Below, piece by piece: positions 41,081 to 55,616 of a stretch of DNA of 64,000 nucleotides. The notes below the pieces were generated by a model. It searched no databases and was not told the DNA's origin. It was given only the letters and a program-made list of their open reading frames with translations. A program made the translations under genes and the position numbers. The first letter of the stretch is position 1; each line of letters opens with the position of its first letter. Source of the stretch: Octopus vulgaris (taxonomy: Eukaryota); assembly GCA_951406725.2 (NCBI GenBank), contig OX597832.1, forward strand, positions 58,404,001 through 58,468,000, in the 5' to 3' direction.

Positions 41081-42854
41081 ACTTTCTCCCCTTCCCGAGC
41101 GTCAAACTAGTATGCTGGAACACGTTATTATTCACTATTGTGGGCTGAGTTTAAAATGCGTATTTTTTCTGTTTCGGTTGTTTTAAGAAAAGCTTTTGGC
41201 GATTGTGTGATATTTGCGTATTTCTTAATATGGTATGAAAGTTAAATGAGTGAGATATCCCGTGGTTGTACCTTTTATCTTAGTCTGAGTCGACCCAGAT
41301 TTTGTAAGTGAAATAAGGGCTGACAAAAAAGGCTTAGGAATCCATCAGTCAGAATGTACCGGTTATTAAAAGGGCCAGCGGGCCAGGATTACCGGACATG
41401 TTGGTATCTCGTTGATTTTGCCTGGTAATTAGATTGAACATACAAGTGTCTTTGGAATACTCAACCAGTTAAACATTAATTCAGGAAATATCTAGTGCAG
41501 TGGATGGCTTAACTGGAATATTCATCCCCGAAACAGCCGGAGAACCATTTATATATAGACGTGTGTTTGTATGCGTTTGCATATATATGAGCGAAAGGTG
41601 CTTATCTTTTGTTGTAAATCGGGAGATTTTCGTTGCTTGAGCAACTCCTTGAGTTTTCTTGTGAACAATCTTAAAAAGAAAATACAACCGCCATCTTTAC
41701 ACCAAAAGACTTTTCATTTGATAAAGGCAAAACGCTGGAGGAAGTTGCTATTAGGACGTATCTATTTTTTGGCTTTTATTTTCTATATAATTTCAAACAA
41801 AACGATAGATTTTTCTTACTAATAGGTATTCCGGAAAACGAACTCTTTCTAAATATTCAATTACAGACTTGTTCCAGTTGGCCAGTTATATTAATCGAAA
41901 ACTAAAAGAGAATTTAAAGAATAACTTAGCATCATTCGGAAACTGTTTGATCTGGTAGTTTTCTGAATATTTTCGTTGAAATTAAAAGAGCAAAAGTGCA
42001 AAGAGAATATGTATATGTCGGCATAAAAAGCTTCGCTGTAGTAGTATTGTTCTTGCTTAACGTTATATTCAAAAGGCGCGAACTCAACTGAAACGTTCGC
42101 GCACTTCAAAGGTAGAGCTCTATAAACGCAACTTTAGAAGAGAGTAAAAAAAAGTCAAAGAAATCAAGAAACACCATCTAAAGTTATTGTTCTTTACATA
42201 GGAATCAAATTCATTAAATAGGTTTTTCGCTATGAGATATCGAACGGATCTATCTACGCGTGGGAAGTAGAAAACTTATTCAAAGGTGAAGTACATGCAA
42301 AGAAAAGAAAGGATATATGTATAAATATATCATTTCAGTCGAAAGAAACTGATTTACAAACAAATAAAATTGTGATTGCATGTGAAGTGGGTGCGCAGTC
42401 GATTAATTTTGCTTCGATGTCTTGATGATATTTATCTTATCGACCTCACAGCTATAAACAACATACAACCAAGAAAAAGTGTGAAATTTGAATAAGAAGA
42501 ATCGGGCCTCCTGTTTGTTTATCGTTATCAGCACTGTCTCGCTTTCTCGGAAAATACATTTAATTCCTGTTCATATAAATACAAGGTGACGAGCTGGTAG
42601 AACCGTCAGTGCGTCGGACAAAATATTAAATGTCATCTGTTCCCCTTCTTTACGTTCTGAGTTCAAATCCCAACGATGTCAATATTGCCGTTCAACCTTT
42701 CGGGCGTCGATAAATTATTAGTCAAGTACTGTGTTCTAAGTGATCGACAGAATTGCTGGCCTTCAACTCTGAAAATGGAGAGACGTTTTGAGGGGAAAAG
42801 CTTTCCTCTCAGTCATTTGTACTCTACAGAAATCGGGTAATCAAGTCGTAAAAG

Positions 42855-43190
42855 GTTAAAGACCCCAACCATCGGCCATGAATGACAATGGTATTGAACT
42901 TAGAAAGTCCCCCTTCGAGGCACAAGCCCAGGCAAAGTTCTTTATGGAAGACCATCAGTCGCTCATGCAAACTAGCCTTCCCATTTCCACACCCCTGATG
43001 TTATCCAAGGGAAAGGCAAAGGGGCCGATGCAGCTTGGCCCCAGTAACGCCGCAACTCATTTCTACAGCTGAGTGAACCGGAGTGAAATGAAGTGTCTTG
43101 ATCAAAAACACAACACACAGCCCAGTCCAAGAATCGAACTCATAACCTCTCTGTTGGGAACCCGATGCTCAAACCACTGAGACATTCGTT
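42855..43190 (-). mobile_element. SINE family B, diverged
   Basis: Reverse-complement homology to 12869-13200. Confidence 0.8.
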
Positions 43191-43224
43191 GGGCCCAAGG
43201 AAAATTAACACAGAAATATACTTT

Positions 43225-43940
43225 TCTAATCTAGGCACAAGTTTTTTGTGAGGAGGGGGCCAGTCGATTAGATTGATCCCAGTACGCAACTGATAGTTAA
43301 TTTATTGACCCCGAAAGGACGAAAGGCAAAGTCAACCTCGGCGAATTTGAACTCAGAACGTTAAGACAGATGAAATACGTATTTCTTTCTTCCTACAAGG
43401 GGCTAAACACAGAGAGGACAAACGGATTAAGTCGATTATATCGACCCCAGTGCGTAACTGGTACTTATTTAATCGACCCCGAAGGATGAAAGGCAAAGTC
43501 GACCTCGGCGGAATTTGAACTCAGAACGTAACGGCAGACGAAATACTTGTTTCTTTATTACCCACAAGGGGCTAAACATAGAGGGGACAAACAAGGACAG
43601 ACAAACGGATTAAGTCGATTACATCGACCCCAGTACGTAACTGGTACTTAATTTCTCGACCGCAAAAGGATGAAAGTCAACCTTGGCGGAATATGAACTC
43701 AGAACGTAACGGCAGATGAAATTCCGCTAAGCATTTCGCCCGGTGTGCTAATAACTCTGCCAGCTTGCCCAACTCTACTAAATGAATAAATATATTGCTT
43801 TCGAATATTGGCACACGGCCAGAAATTTCGCGTTAGGGTGCAAGTGGATTACACCGACGCCAATGCTTAACAGGTATTTAGTTTATCGATTCCGAAAGGA
43901 TGAAAGGTAAAGTGCTAACGATTCTACCAGATCGACACCT
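43225..43940 (-). mobile_element. Tandem/nested cluster of 3-4 SINE family A units
   Basis: Repeated agtcgatta...gaccccag..cgtaactggtactta...gaaaggcaaagtc.acctcggcggaatttgaactcagaacgt. Confidence 0.85.
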
Positions 43941-45054
43941 GAAACCCTTGGAAGTATATACAACACAATTATGATCATCATTACAATTTTTAGTTTGACA
44001 AATACATTAAAAGATTTTATCGTGGAAATGAATTAAATTCGTTTCGCAACCCGTTAGGTGCCAAGCTATATCGGCCCCTTTGCCTTTCCCTTGGATAACA
44101 TCAGGGGTACGGAGATGGGGAGGCTAGTATGCATGAGCGACTGATAGTCTTCCATAAAGATCCTGGTATTGATGTCTCTATGGTGAGTAATATGTTAAGG
44201 GGGGATTGAACCATTTACACGTAAGATTTGCTTACTTCTCTATATGACCGAGCGCTGAACCGTAGTTCGTATCTTGAACCCAGCATCGCTTCTACGTGCC
44301 TATCACACAGCAGCTTGCGTTGTAAAATGAAGATGGTACAATGCAGAGTTCTACAGTTCTCTATAAATGATCAATCATTCTATAGTAATGTCTCGAATGA
44401 AAAATGAAGAAATCTATCATTTGCAAAGCAATCAATTTGTTCTCTCAAATACCAAAGTTATAAGTCGACTATTTGTATAATTTAGGCAGAATAATGTATC
44501 TTTGTAGCCGCATAAATTTTTTTAAAAAGCGAAATATTTTTACGACTGACAATGATTGATGGTTTCGTATAAATATATCGTTTTTCACAGCCTTTCCTTT
44601 CAGTTCTATAGCTTGTTAAAAGTGTGAACTTCCTTCAGTTCAGAGATATTGCACGTACGACGACGCTAACGAGATAGTCGTCTATTAATTAATATACTTT
44701 TTGCTCGTACGTCTTCTCCCTCTAGAAATAGTCGTTGTCAACAACGATGACAAATAAATTTATGGCGGGATCTCCGCAACGAGATCCACATTAAAAGTAG
44801 GTGTTTTTTTCATTGTTTATTAATCGTACAGAATTAACTACAAAATAATTGGATTACACGTTTTCACGGTCTAAATATATGTCTGTAAACATTTCTCGCT
44901 CAATACAATATTAAGATGGCTAATATATCAAGATGGCGCTATATCGGGATTGCTAAAATAAATAGTCGTAGTAGTAAAGTCGGTGCTTGTTTAGTTGATG
45001 TAGTAAACCTACAAGTTTTTATTAAATTGATTAAAAGTGCATTGTTAGTACTCT

Positions 45055-45550
45055 TTTATCTTTTACTTGTTCTTGTCATTGGATTGCGGCCATGCTGTAG
45101 CACTGCCTTGAAGCGTCTAATTCGAACAAATGGAAACCAGTAGTTCTTTTTAAGTCTGTTACTTATTCTCTCGGCTCCTTTTAACGAAACGCTGGGTATT
45201 GGGGAAGTAAACAAACTGACACCGGTTATTAAGTGGTGGTGGAGGGCAAGCGAAGACGCAACAATGCAGATTCGGCCACACACATACACACGCAAACGCA
45301 CACACAATAACACATATAAACACAGGCACAAAGAGACGCACACACACACACACACACACACACGCACTCGCACACACAAAAACACATACGAATGTGTGTG
45401 TATGTGTACGAGAGGCTTCAACACGGTTTCCTTCCATTTAAGTCACTCATACAGGGTATTAAGTAGAAAAACTTTCAAAGTAGTGCAGGACAGTGGAATT
45501 GAACCTGAAGCCATATGGCAGTAAAGCGATCTTCTTAACCACTCAACCAT
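45055..45550 (-). mobile_element. SINE family C, diverged, with internal (CA)n
   Basis: Homology to 13492-13847. Confidence 0.7.
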
Positions 45551-46204
45551 GCATAGAGCTAATTATTATTTGAACGGACGATTTCTGATATTAAAAATAG
45601 CAAGGGAGACAACTATGCGTTAAACTGAGCCCATCACTAAGATGAGTCGGATGTGGCTTAAAACTGTATTTCAATATTGAATATACACAACCACACTTTA
45701 CTGTTATGCATACATACGTCAACGTCCCTCAGTAAAACACTCTCGGACCTCATCATTTCCTTGAGGGTAACTGTTACTGTAAGAGATTAGTTCCAAATTT
45801 TGGTCATTACACATAAAAAATAAAAGAATATATATATATGTGTGTGTGTGTGTGTGTATAAATACACACAAGCACAAAAACACCACCCTCAGACACCTAT
45901 ATTGCTAAATGATTAATGTGGAGGACACACCCAACGTGCACCGAGGAATTCCTTACGTACATCCGGCAGCGAAAGAGCACCACCCCGGATGACACCTGGT
46001 AGCCGCAAGCGGTGCACGTGCTCCGCAGACACACTACAACGAACATTCTCATAAAAACCTTTGGATACTACACCTTAGAGTCTCCTACCCAAACTTTAAT
46101 TTTAAATGCAACTTGTATTTAAATGTATGTATGTATGTATCTATCAATCTATCTAACTATGTATGTATGTATGTATGTATGTATGTATCTATCTATCTAT
46201 CTAT

Positions 46205-46422
46205 CCGAGTTGGCAGAAACGTTAGCACGCCGGGCGAAATGCGTAGCCGCATTTCGTCTGCCGTTACGTTGTGAGTTCACATTCCGCCGAGGTTGACTTT
46301 GCCTTTCATCCTTTTGGGGTCGATAAATTAAGTACCAGTTACGCACTGGAGTCTATGTAATTGACTTAATCCCTTTGTCTGTTCCCTCTATGTTTAGCCC
46401 CTTGTGGGCAATAACGAAATAA
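46205..46422 (+). mobile_element. SINE family A
   Basis: Near-identical to 22505-22732. Confidence 0.9.
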
Positions 46423-46481
46423 ATCTATCTATATATATATATACATGTGTGTGTATATACGCACATTATATATATATATAC

Positions 46482-46556
<75 letters not shown>

Positions 46557-46708
46557 TATATATATGCATAAAATAAGGATAAAAATCACGTTAGTGATTA
46601 TTATCAGCTAGTCAGTATGGAATGAAAATTTATAAGCAATTTACATATTAAATTAATAATTATATATATATATAATTGTATTAAGGGAGAAAGTCGAAAC
46701 ATGACATT

Positions 46709-46760
<52 letters not shown>

Positions 46761-46766
<6 letters not shown>

Positions 46767-46913
46767 GTCTGGGGAGAGTTATTCTCTTTTAATGCCTTAT
46801 TATTTAACACGCTCACCAGTAAAATTTGCACTTAAGAAATAAGTGGAAATTTTACTGGTGAGTGTGTTAAATAATAAGGCACTAAAAGAGAATGACTCTC
46901 TCCAGACACATCA
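46761..46913. repeat. Long hairpin/foldback (~70 bp arms, ~5-nt loop) between (TA)n tracts
   Basis: tgtgtctggggagagttattctcttttaatgccttattatttaacacgctcaccagtaaaatttgcactta / taagtggaaattttactggtgagtgtgttaaataataaggcactaaaagagaatgactctctccagacaca. Confidence 0.92.
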
Positions 46914-46973
46914 GAATATGCTTCAACACACGAACTCATATAAAGAATCATGCAAACCAAATCCAAAAACGAA

Positions 46974-47024
<51 letters not shown>

Positions 47025-47543
47025 TACTTATTAGAAAGAATGTGAGAGCACATAGGGTATCACTTTAGAGCATGTAATGTATACCGTATTTTTACGTGTA
47101 TGAGGAACTCTCGTGTATAAACAGCCCTCTAATCTTTTGGGCTTAAAATCTGAAAAACAAAAAGGGTTGCTAAGAGATTATAATACTATCCATGTACAAG
47201 AAAATCCCATATTCTTTAGCCTAATTTTTGAAAGAAATGGTTCAGTGTATACTTTGAAATACAGTAATTCAAACACAATTTCAGAATTGCTAGAGGAAAT
47301 GAGGGATTAAGAAATAATGCATAAAGTCTCATACAGCTGTTTCTGAAATAGTTGTCCATGTGGTGCTTAGGTTGTTGAGCAAAGATTTCCATATAAACCA
47401 AATGAGACGTCCTCAGAAAGGAAGAATTATTGAATGTACTTAATAACAGATATTATTAACCATCAGTTCATTCGGCGAAGAATTACGGAATACTCTTAGT
47501 AAAAGACAGTAGGTAAATGTTCTATACATACATGTTCTATACA

Positions 47544-47580
<37 letters not shown>

Positions 47581-48289
47581 TTGCATACGTATCATTAATG
47601 TATAAATGTAGAGTTTTAGATTTTAACTGATGCTGTCTCTGTTCATCAACATTCATATATATTACTTTGCATGTCTCTCTCTTACACACACACACACATA
47701 CACACACATACACACAGAGACACACTCTCTCACACACACACACACAAACACACGCGCATGCACACATACACACACGTATATATACTCACACTTTGAAACA
47801 CATACCAATACTCATTTATAAACTCGCCGACACACAGACACGCACACACACACAGGCACAGACACACACACACATGAACTTACGCACATGTACATACATA
47901 CATCTCCATATACGATACGTTGTCCAATATGGCTTCCAAATATCTAACGTATTTAATTTGAAATCCGTTCTTTAATTTTATTACCGCATTTTACATGCGT
48001 GCCTCGCCCAAAATTGGAAGCGCTTCTTGTCTTTTTATTTGTTGTTTTCTTTCGTTGTGATGGTGTCGCTGGTATTGGGATGGAGGGCGAGGTGGTGATG
48101 GTGATGGCGGTGGTGTTTTTGGGGCAATGAAGATGATGTTTGTGAAGGCTCCTTCGAAATGTTTTACATGCAATCGCGACGTTAGATAAAATAAGACAAA
48201 GAAAAGCCAAGTGATACATACATACATACATATATATGTATATATATATATATGTATATATATTATATATATATATGTATATGCGTGTA

Positions 48290-48328
<39 letters not shown>

Positions 48329-48606
48329 GTACATATATATGTGTGTGTATGTATATATATATGTATGCATATATATGCATATATACGGATATATGCATAT
48401 ATCTATATATATGCATATATGTACATGTACGTAATTATTTATAACATATATATATATATATAGACATATAGATGTATATATATATATACAAACATACATC
48501 TTTCTATGTCTGTAGACATACATGCACGCAAACACACACAAACACGCATAAATATATATATATAAATATGTACATGTACGTAAGTATTTATAATATATAT
48601 AGAAAT

Positions 48607-48672
<66 letters not shown>

Positions 48673-49781
48673 ATGCAACTTTCTGTCTGTAGACATACAT
48701 GCACACATACACACACAGACACGCGCGCATATACATAACATTATAAAATGTTAACGGTTGCGTTGTTCTTGGTATGTTGGCGACGTTTAAAACCTGGCTA
48801 GTTCTGCCGTTCTCCTCTCATGTTAGGTTGTTCTAGCTCCACATTTCATGCCGTTGAACATATCTAACTTAGGGTAGCCATGCACAACACTCATCGCCCG
48901 ATGTATAACTTAACACCAGTCTGCGCAACTTTCTACAAGATGCTTTAATTTTTTTTCTAGCTATTTCTCTGTGTTTAATTCCTTCTTATTAATTCTTACA
49001 TTTTTCTATAATTCTCGTTGACTTGATTATATTTTTATTTCATTTTGTTAAAAAAAAAATCACATTTTCAAAATCTTCTCTTATTCTCCCTCTTACTTTT
49101 GTAATTACATTTTACTCATTTCATTAGAATGTTTGTCTGTTTATTTATACCTTGATTTCACGTCTGTGGCTGCCTTTCTGTCTTTGAGTCTCTCCTCCAG
49201 ATTTGGCTCCTTCATTTCTTGAATCCTTCCTTCCTTCCTTCCTTTCCTCCTTCAGTAATTCTTCACGTCTTAACCTTTATTTCTTCCTCCATGCGTTCTT
49301 CCTTCTCTTTCTTGCACGTTCCTAAATTTCTTCTCTCCATTTTTTTCCTTTCTGTTCTCTCTCTCTCTCTGTATTTTTTTTTTGTTTCAAATCCTTTCTC
49401 GCAAAATTCATATTGTTTCTTGATGAGACACGATATTTTGCTTGGATGAATTTTCTATAGAGAAATAACTCCGATGTAATCAGCTGAAGGTAGATATTTA
49501 CTTTTACGATGCAGCGAAGCAGCGAAAATTATCGACGTCACAATTAGCTGTGTTGTCCCAAAGCAGCGAAATATACATAAAACAAAACAAACAAACATGG
49601 AAGCAGACAGACAATCGAATAAACAAGCGAACAAACGTACGCCCCAAAACAGTAACCATGTTAAGTAGCTCTAATTAAAGAAAATAAAACCTTTAATATA
49701 ACCATCATCGCCGTCGACGTCGTCTTCATCCTCATTCTTTTCAACAAATCAAAATATAAACACAATAAAATGGACACCACG

Positions 49782-49784
<3 letters not shown>

Positions 49785-49821
<37 letters not shown>

Positions 49822-49848
49822 TTACTACTACTGCAGCTGCTGCTGTTG

Positions 49849-49904
<56 letters not shown>

Positions 49905-50045
49905 GCTTCTTCTGCTGCTGTTGCTGCTACTACGACTGAAGTAAATAATAATGATGATAACGATGATGATGATAATAATAATAATAATAATAATGATAAT
50001 AATGATAATAATAATAATAATAATAATAACAACAACAACAACAAC

Positions 50046-50086
<41 letters not shown>

Positions 50087-50091
50087 TGATG

Positions 50092-50174
<83 letters not shown>

Positions 50175-50260
50175 ATAAAAATAAAAATAAAACTACTGAA
50201 TAATAATAACAATGATAATAATAATAATAATAATAATAATATAGTAATGATAATAATAGT
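49785..50260. repeat. (CTA)n/(AAT)n trinucleotide compound microsatellite, representative
   Basis: Similar tracts at 3470-3620, 23495-23650, 24533-24730, 51780-52002, 52580-53017 and 62210-62510. Confidence 0.97.
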
Positions 50261-50575
50261 AACAACTCTTTCTACAATGGGCCTGAAATTTAGGGGAGGT
50301 AGCCGATTACATTGACCCCTGTACTGAACTGGTACTCCCAATAAGAGAGACACTTTAAGGACCTCGTGGAAAACCCCACAAAAGTCACGGGTGCTTGAAG
50401 AAGATAGCAAGAGCTCTTCTCCTTTTGTTTACAGGTGCACGCTCAGAATTTGTCCTTTTACACTGGGCATTCTTCTAACATTCACCCACCTTTCAACAAA
50501 CTAGCTATAAGGCAACACGTCGCTCTCCACCCTCGACTTCCTTTTATAATAATAATAATGATAATAATAATAATA

Positions 50576-50933
50576 ATGTCCCGATGCAGTACGAGATAGT
50601 GGCTCTCATGGCTTCTGATCTTAACTGATTGGAAATGTTATCTTGTACATTGTTTTGTCTTGGTATCAAAAATGGGCTACAGCAAATATTCTGCTCAATA
50701 CCACAGATTTGCTTGTCAGTTGTTTGACCTTAACCAGTTGAGCATGTCCCTTAGTGGCTAACGATATGTGCATCTCTGATCACGAGCAGAAGTAGTGGGG
50801 GAGTATCATAGCCATGTGTTGAGAGGGATACTTCGGGGTTTGAATAATTCACCTCTGGAAACATGGGTGTTTCGTTGAACGTCCTTAAACAACCCTTATT
50901 CAGGGATCTTTTGAGTGGGATAGGCTACTCGAC
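50576..50933 (+). mobile_element. ~550 bp element, copy 4 (truncated, abutting a LINE fragment)
   Basis: Same start point as the other copies. Stops at ggctactcgacc. Confidence 0.85.
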
Positions 50934-50935
50934 CA

Positions 50936-51780
50936 TAACAAGTTGTTGAGTTGCACAGCTATCCGTGCATGACATTCACCAAATCTTTTGATCCAGTAGC
51001 CTTGAACTCCATCTGGTCCCGGAGCCTTCCAGTTGCACATTTTCTTTGCTGATTTCCTTCACTTCCCTAACTGAAATGAGTAGTTCTGCCTGTTTTGGAC
51101 AGACTACTGTTTGGTTCAGTTCCTGCAACCATTCAGCATTTTTCTGGTGCTCCTTGTCTTTGCTCGAGATGTCACTCACAAACCTTTGACTTTCAATGTT
51201 ATCTGGTATCAACTTTTCATCTGTACACTCTCCATTTATTTCTTTATTGAATCTCTTCTGATCTACTCTGACTAACCTATTCTGGTGGTAACCCTTCATT
51301 CTTTGGTCGTGTCTTACCCTTTGCAACGAAGTGCTGTTTCAGTTCCTCCATTACTACTTTCAGGCCCTTTCTTTCAATATTATACTTCTTTTTCAGAGCC
51401 CTGTATTTTTGTTCACTTTTAAGCTCCCCTTTCTCTTTTCGGTCTAACACAGAGATTTCCTTCGAGAGCATGTCTGACCTGCCTGTATTCTTCTTTTCCA
51501 CCATGGATCTTTTTTTGCCAGTCCCATTATGTTTCTTTTCCTTGACATCAACACCCACGGTTTCTGCTACAACAATACTTTCTGCCTTGATCAAATTATT
51601 TGTTTCTGTGATATTGTTTGTTCTGAAGTATTTTAGAATTTCATTGACATTTCTCGTTTCTTGGTTCAATTTCCATCGACCAAAGTTTTTAAGGTTGCAA
51701 ATAATGTCGCTATCTTCCTCCTGTAGTCTTACCTTTATTCTGTCGTAGATCGCCTTTTGTTCATCTGTCATGTCGCCATG
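50936..51780 (-). pseudogene. R4/Dong-like non-LTR fragment, region N-terminal to the RT
   Basis: NNITETNNLIKAESIVVAETVG, then R.DQRMKGYHQNRLVRVDQKRFNKEING...AEWL, then a frameshifted KAPGPDGVQGYWIK (RT domain 0). Confidence 0.8.
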
Positions 51781-51834
51781 ATTATTATTATTGTTATTGT
51801 TATTATTGTTATTATTATTATTATTATTATTATA

Positions 51835-51872
<38 letters not shown>

Positions 51873-51895
51873 CATCATCATCATCATCATCATCA

Positions 51896-52001
<106 letters not shown>

Positions 52002-52002
52002 C

Positions 52003-52387
52003 ATTCTATGTGTGACTTTTGCTTTACATTTGCACAAGCAGGCTCCAAGTCTCACCCAGATACCTCAAGAGACAACAAATTGAAAGTTCATGTTGGTGTT
52101 ATGCCTAGGGTGCCATATATTTGGTTTTGTACTTAGTGTTGTACTAGTGAATGTCTAAAAAAACATAGGAAAATTATGTTTTAAAACTTGAGATTACATA
52201 GAAAGTATTTTGCGTAAGATATGAGCAGTTCCCATGAGCACTATCCTTTGAATTTCTGACCTTTTAGGGTTTCCTAGTATCTGAGTTAGGTAGCAATCAG
52301 CCCCTTTTGCTATTATTCCCAGGGCACCTATGACAACAGGTATTGTTTTAGTCTTCAAGTTCCACATTTTGCTGATTTCTATCTCTA
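52003..52387 (-). mobile_element. R4/Dong-like 3' end with (TAA)n tail
   Basis: Reverse complement of 25180-25558 (EIEISKMWNLKTKTIPVVIGALG...LMGTAHILRKILSM* + 3' UTR). Confidence 0.85.
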
Positions 52388-52580
52388 TTATTATCCATCT
52401 TAGTTCACTTCTATATTAATAATATTAACACGTATATAACTATTACTGCTATCACATTCTACATTATCTTCAACACCACAAGTACCACGAAAAGTACCGC
52501 CACAGTCACACAAACTAAAACCCCCCAAAAAACTACAAGCACCAAGACCACCAACACCACAACAACAATTACCACGTACA

Positions 52581-52645
<65 letters not shown>

Positions 52646-52933
52646 CACTGTGACTGCAACAATTACTACTACTAATTCTGCTGCTACTAATAATACAACC
52701 TCTACTGCTGCATCTATTACTACTACTACGAGCACTACTACTACTAGCACCACTACTACTACTAGGACCACCACTGCTGCTGCATATACTACTACTACTA
52801 CTACTACTATTACTACTACTACTACTGCTACTACAACTACTACTACTACTGCTATTACTACTACTACAAATAGTATTAGCAGCAGTATCAACAACGGCAG
52901 CAGCAGCAGTAGTATTAGTATTAGTATTAGTAT

Positions 52934-53018
<85 letters not shown>

Positions 53019-53135
53019 TGGAAATATAGGATCACAAATATTCACTTACGAACAAGACCTAGCTTATCGACAAATATACGTAAATTCGCATCTTCATGTA
53101 TTAATATACATACATGCATACACACACACACACAC

Positions 53136-53193
<58 letters not shown>

Positions 53194-53199
53194 TTATGT

Positions 53200-53233
<34 letters not shown>

Positions 53234-53536
53234 AAGTGCATATGCAGATGGATGCTGGCATGCACTTTTCTGTGTGTATGTGCGGTTGGACGTCTTCGAT
53301 TGCATGCTACTTTATGCATATATAATCATATAATTATATTTCTGTAACTAAATAATAATATTCATATCTAAAACGAAAGTCAGCTATATTTCTACACACA
53401 AATGCAAACACGTGCATATATATTTACATATGTGTCTGTGTATGCATGTATGTAAATATGTGTATGTATGTATATATATATATATATGTATTTATACATG
53501 TATATATATAGATATTTATATATATATATGTGTATC

Positions 53537-53573
<37 letters not shown>

Positions 53574-53653
53574 ATAAGTATATATATGTATATATATAAT
53601 ACATATGTATATATATAATATATACATATATACGTATATATAATATATATATA

Positions 53654-53689
<36 letters not shown>

Positions 53690-53788
53690 AATATACATAT
53701 ATATGTATACACACACATACACACATACACACATATATATGTGTATATATATCTAAATATATATATATATACATGTACAAACAAGGGA

Positions 53789-53834
<46 letters not shown>

Positions 53835-54165
53835 TGATGCACATAAGAGGGTGAGCATGACCATTATGTCATCCTTATCATCACCATCACCGTCGTAGTC
53901 GTGGTCCTTGTCGTCCTCCTGGTCGTCCTCCTGTTCCTCCTCAGCATCATCATCACCATCACCATCACAACCATCAACACTACAATCACTCATTACGCAA
54001 CGGTTACGCTGATAGAGTTACTTGCGTACATTTTCCTCCATGCATTCTGTTGAATCGAATTATTATCGTTCCGTTTGATTATGTTCGTGTTGTTGTGGTG
54101 CTTGTGACTTTTATTTTTGTTCCATCTTCGTCTTCTTACTTTCGTTGTCCTTCCTTTAATGACAG

Positions 54166-54183
54166 ATATTATAGCTAACTTAG
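54166..54183 (+). other. Candidate 18-nt microexon
   Basis: ~55-nt pyrimidine-rich tract ending ...ttcctttaatgacag|ATATTATAGCTAACTTAG|gtgcgc. Open only in phase 1 (xIIANL). Confidence 0.35.
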
Positions 54184-54534
54184 GTGCGCTGTACATAGGC
54201 CATAGAACTGCTTTCGTTTCCCTCTTTACTCAGTATGTTATATACGTATATACACATGAATATATGCATATACATGCATACATACATACACACATACATA
54301 CATATACACATACATATATATATATATGCATACCTGATATATACATATATATATATGTATATGCATATAGGTATATATATATGTGTTTGTGTGTGTATGT
54401 ATACACACATGTATACACACATATGCGCATATATTTATTTAAACGTACCTATATACATTTATATATATATGCATATGCATATATATATATATATATGTAT
54501 ATATATATGCATGTATGCATATATATATATATAT

Positions 54535-54574
<40 letters not shown>

Positions 54575-54654
54575 CGTAAATATGTATATATATATGCGTA
54601 TGTGAATTTGTATATTTGCATGTGTCTGCTTATTTGTTTACCAGTATAAGAATG

Positions 54655-54705
<51 letters not shown>

Positions 54706-54738
54706 ATGTACATATATATATATATATAAATATATATT

Positions 54739-54799
<61 letters not shown>

Positions 54800-54819
54800 G
54801 TTATAGCTTTCCATATGTA

Positions 54820-54859
<40 letters not shown>

Positions 54860-55229
54860 TCAGATATACGTATCTGTGAGTGTATGTATTTGTGTGCGTG
54901 TGAGTTTGATGACGACGATTGTGATATTGACTACAATTTGGATGATGACAGTGATATTAGGTATGCATAGAAGAATAGCAAAATCCTCATCATCCTCGCC
55001 GTCGTCATCATGATCATCATGATCATCATCATCATCATCATCATCATCATCTTCGTCGTCATCATCGTCGTCGTCGTCTTCAGGAAACCCAGCAAGAACG
55101 TTAAAATTATTGATAATAATTTTTGTAACAAACGACAAATAAAGAATATTTTATTCATCTTTTACCAATGTTTAACGCCAGTAATTGGGAAGACAAGTAT
55201 TAAGAATATTGATAATAATAATAACTATC

Positions 55230-55274
<45 letters not shown>

Positions 55275-55549
55275 GTAAAAAAGGGAATAAAATAGCTCCT
55301 CCAAGATTAGATTTGAATTCATAAATCATTGTCTATTTATTGATCCGATTCTATAACCCAAAGATCATTCCAGAAGACTGGATTTCTAATCTCCCCCTCA
55401 CCTCTCCCCCTACACACCTCTCCAACTGCTGTTTCAAAAAAAAAATATATAAATGAATAAATAGGAATAAAGTTGTAAAATAAAATGAAAAAAAGTTTAA
55501 AACTTCCAACTTTTCGGTTGTTGAATCAGTCATCTTGCGCGTGTTCCTT

Positions 55550-55580
55550 ATTCTCTGTCTTCTAACGCATCCGTCTGACC

Positions 55581-55616
<36 letters not shown>

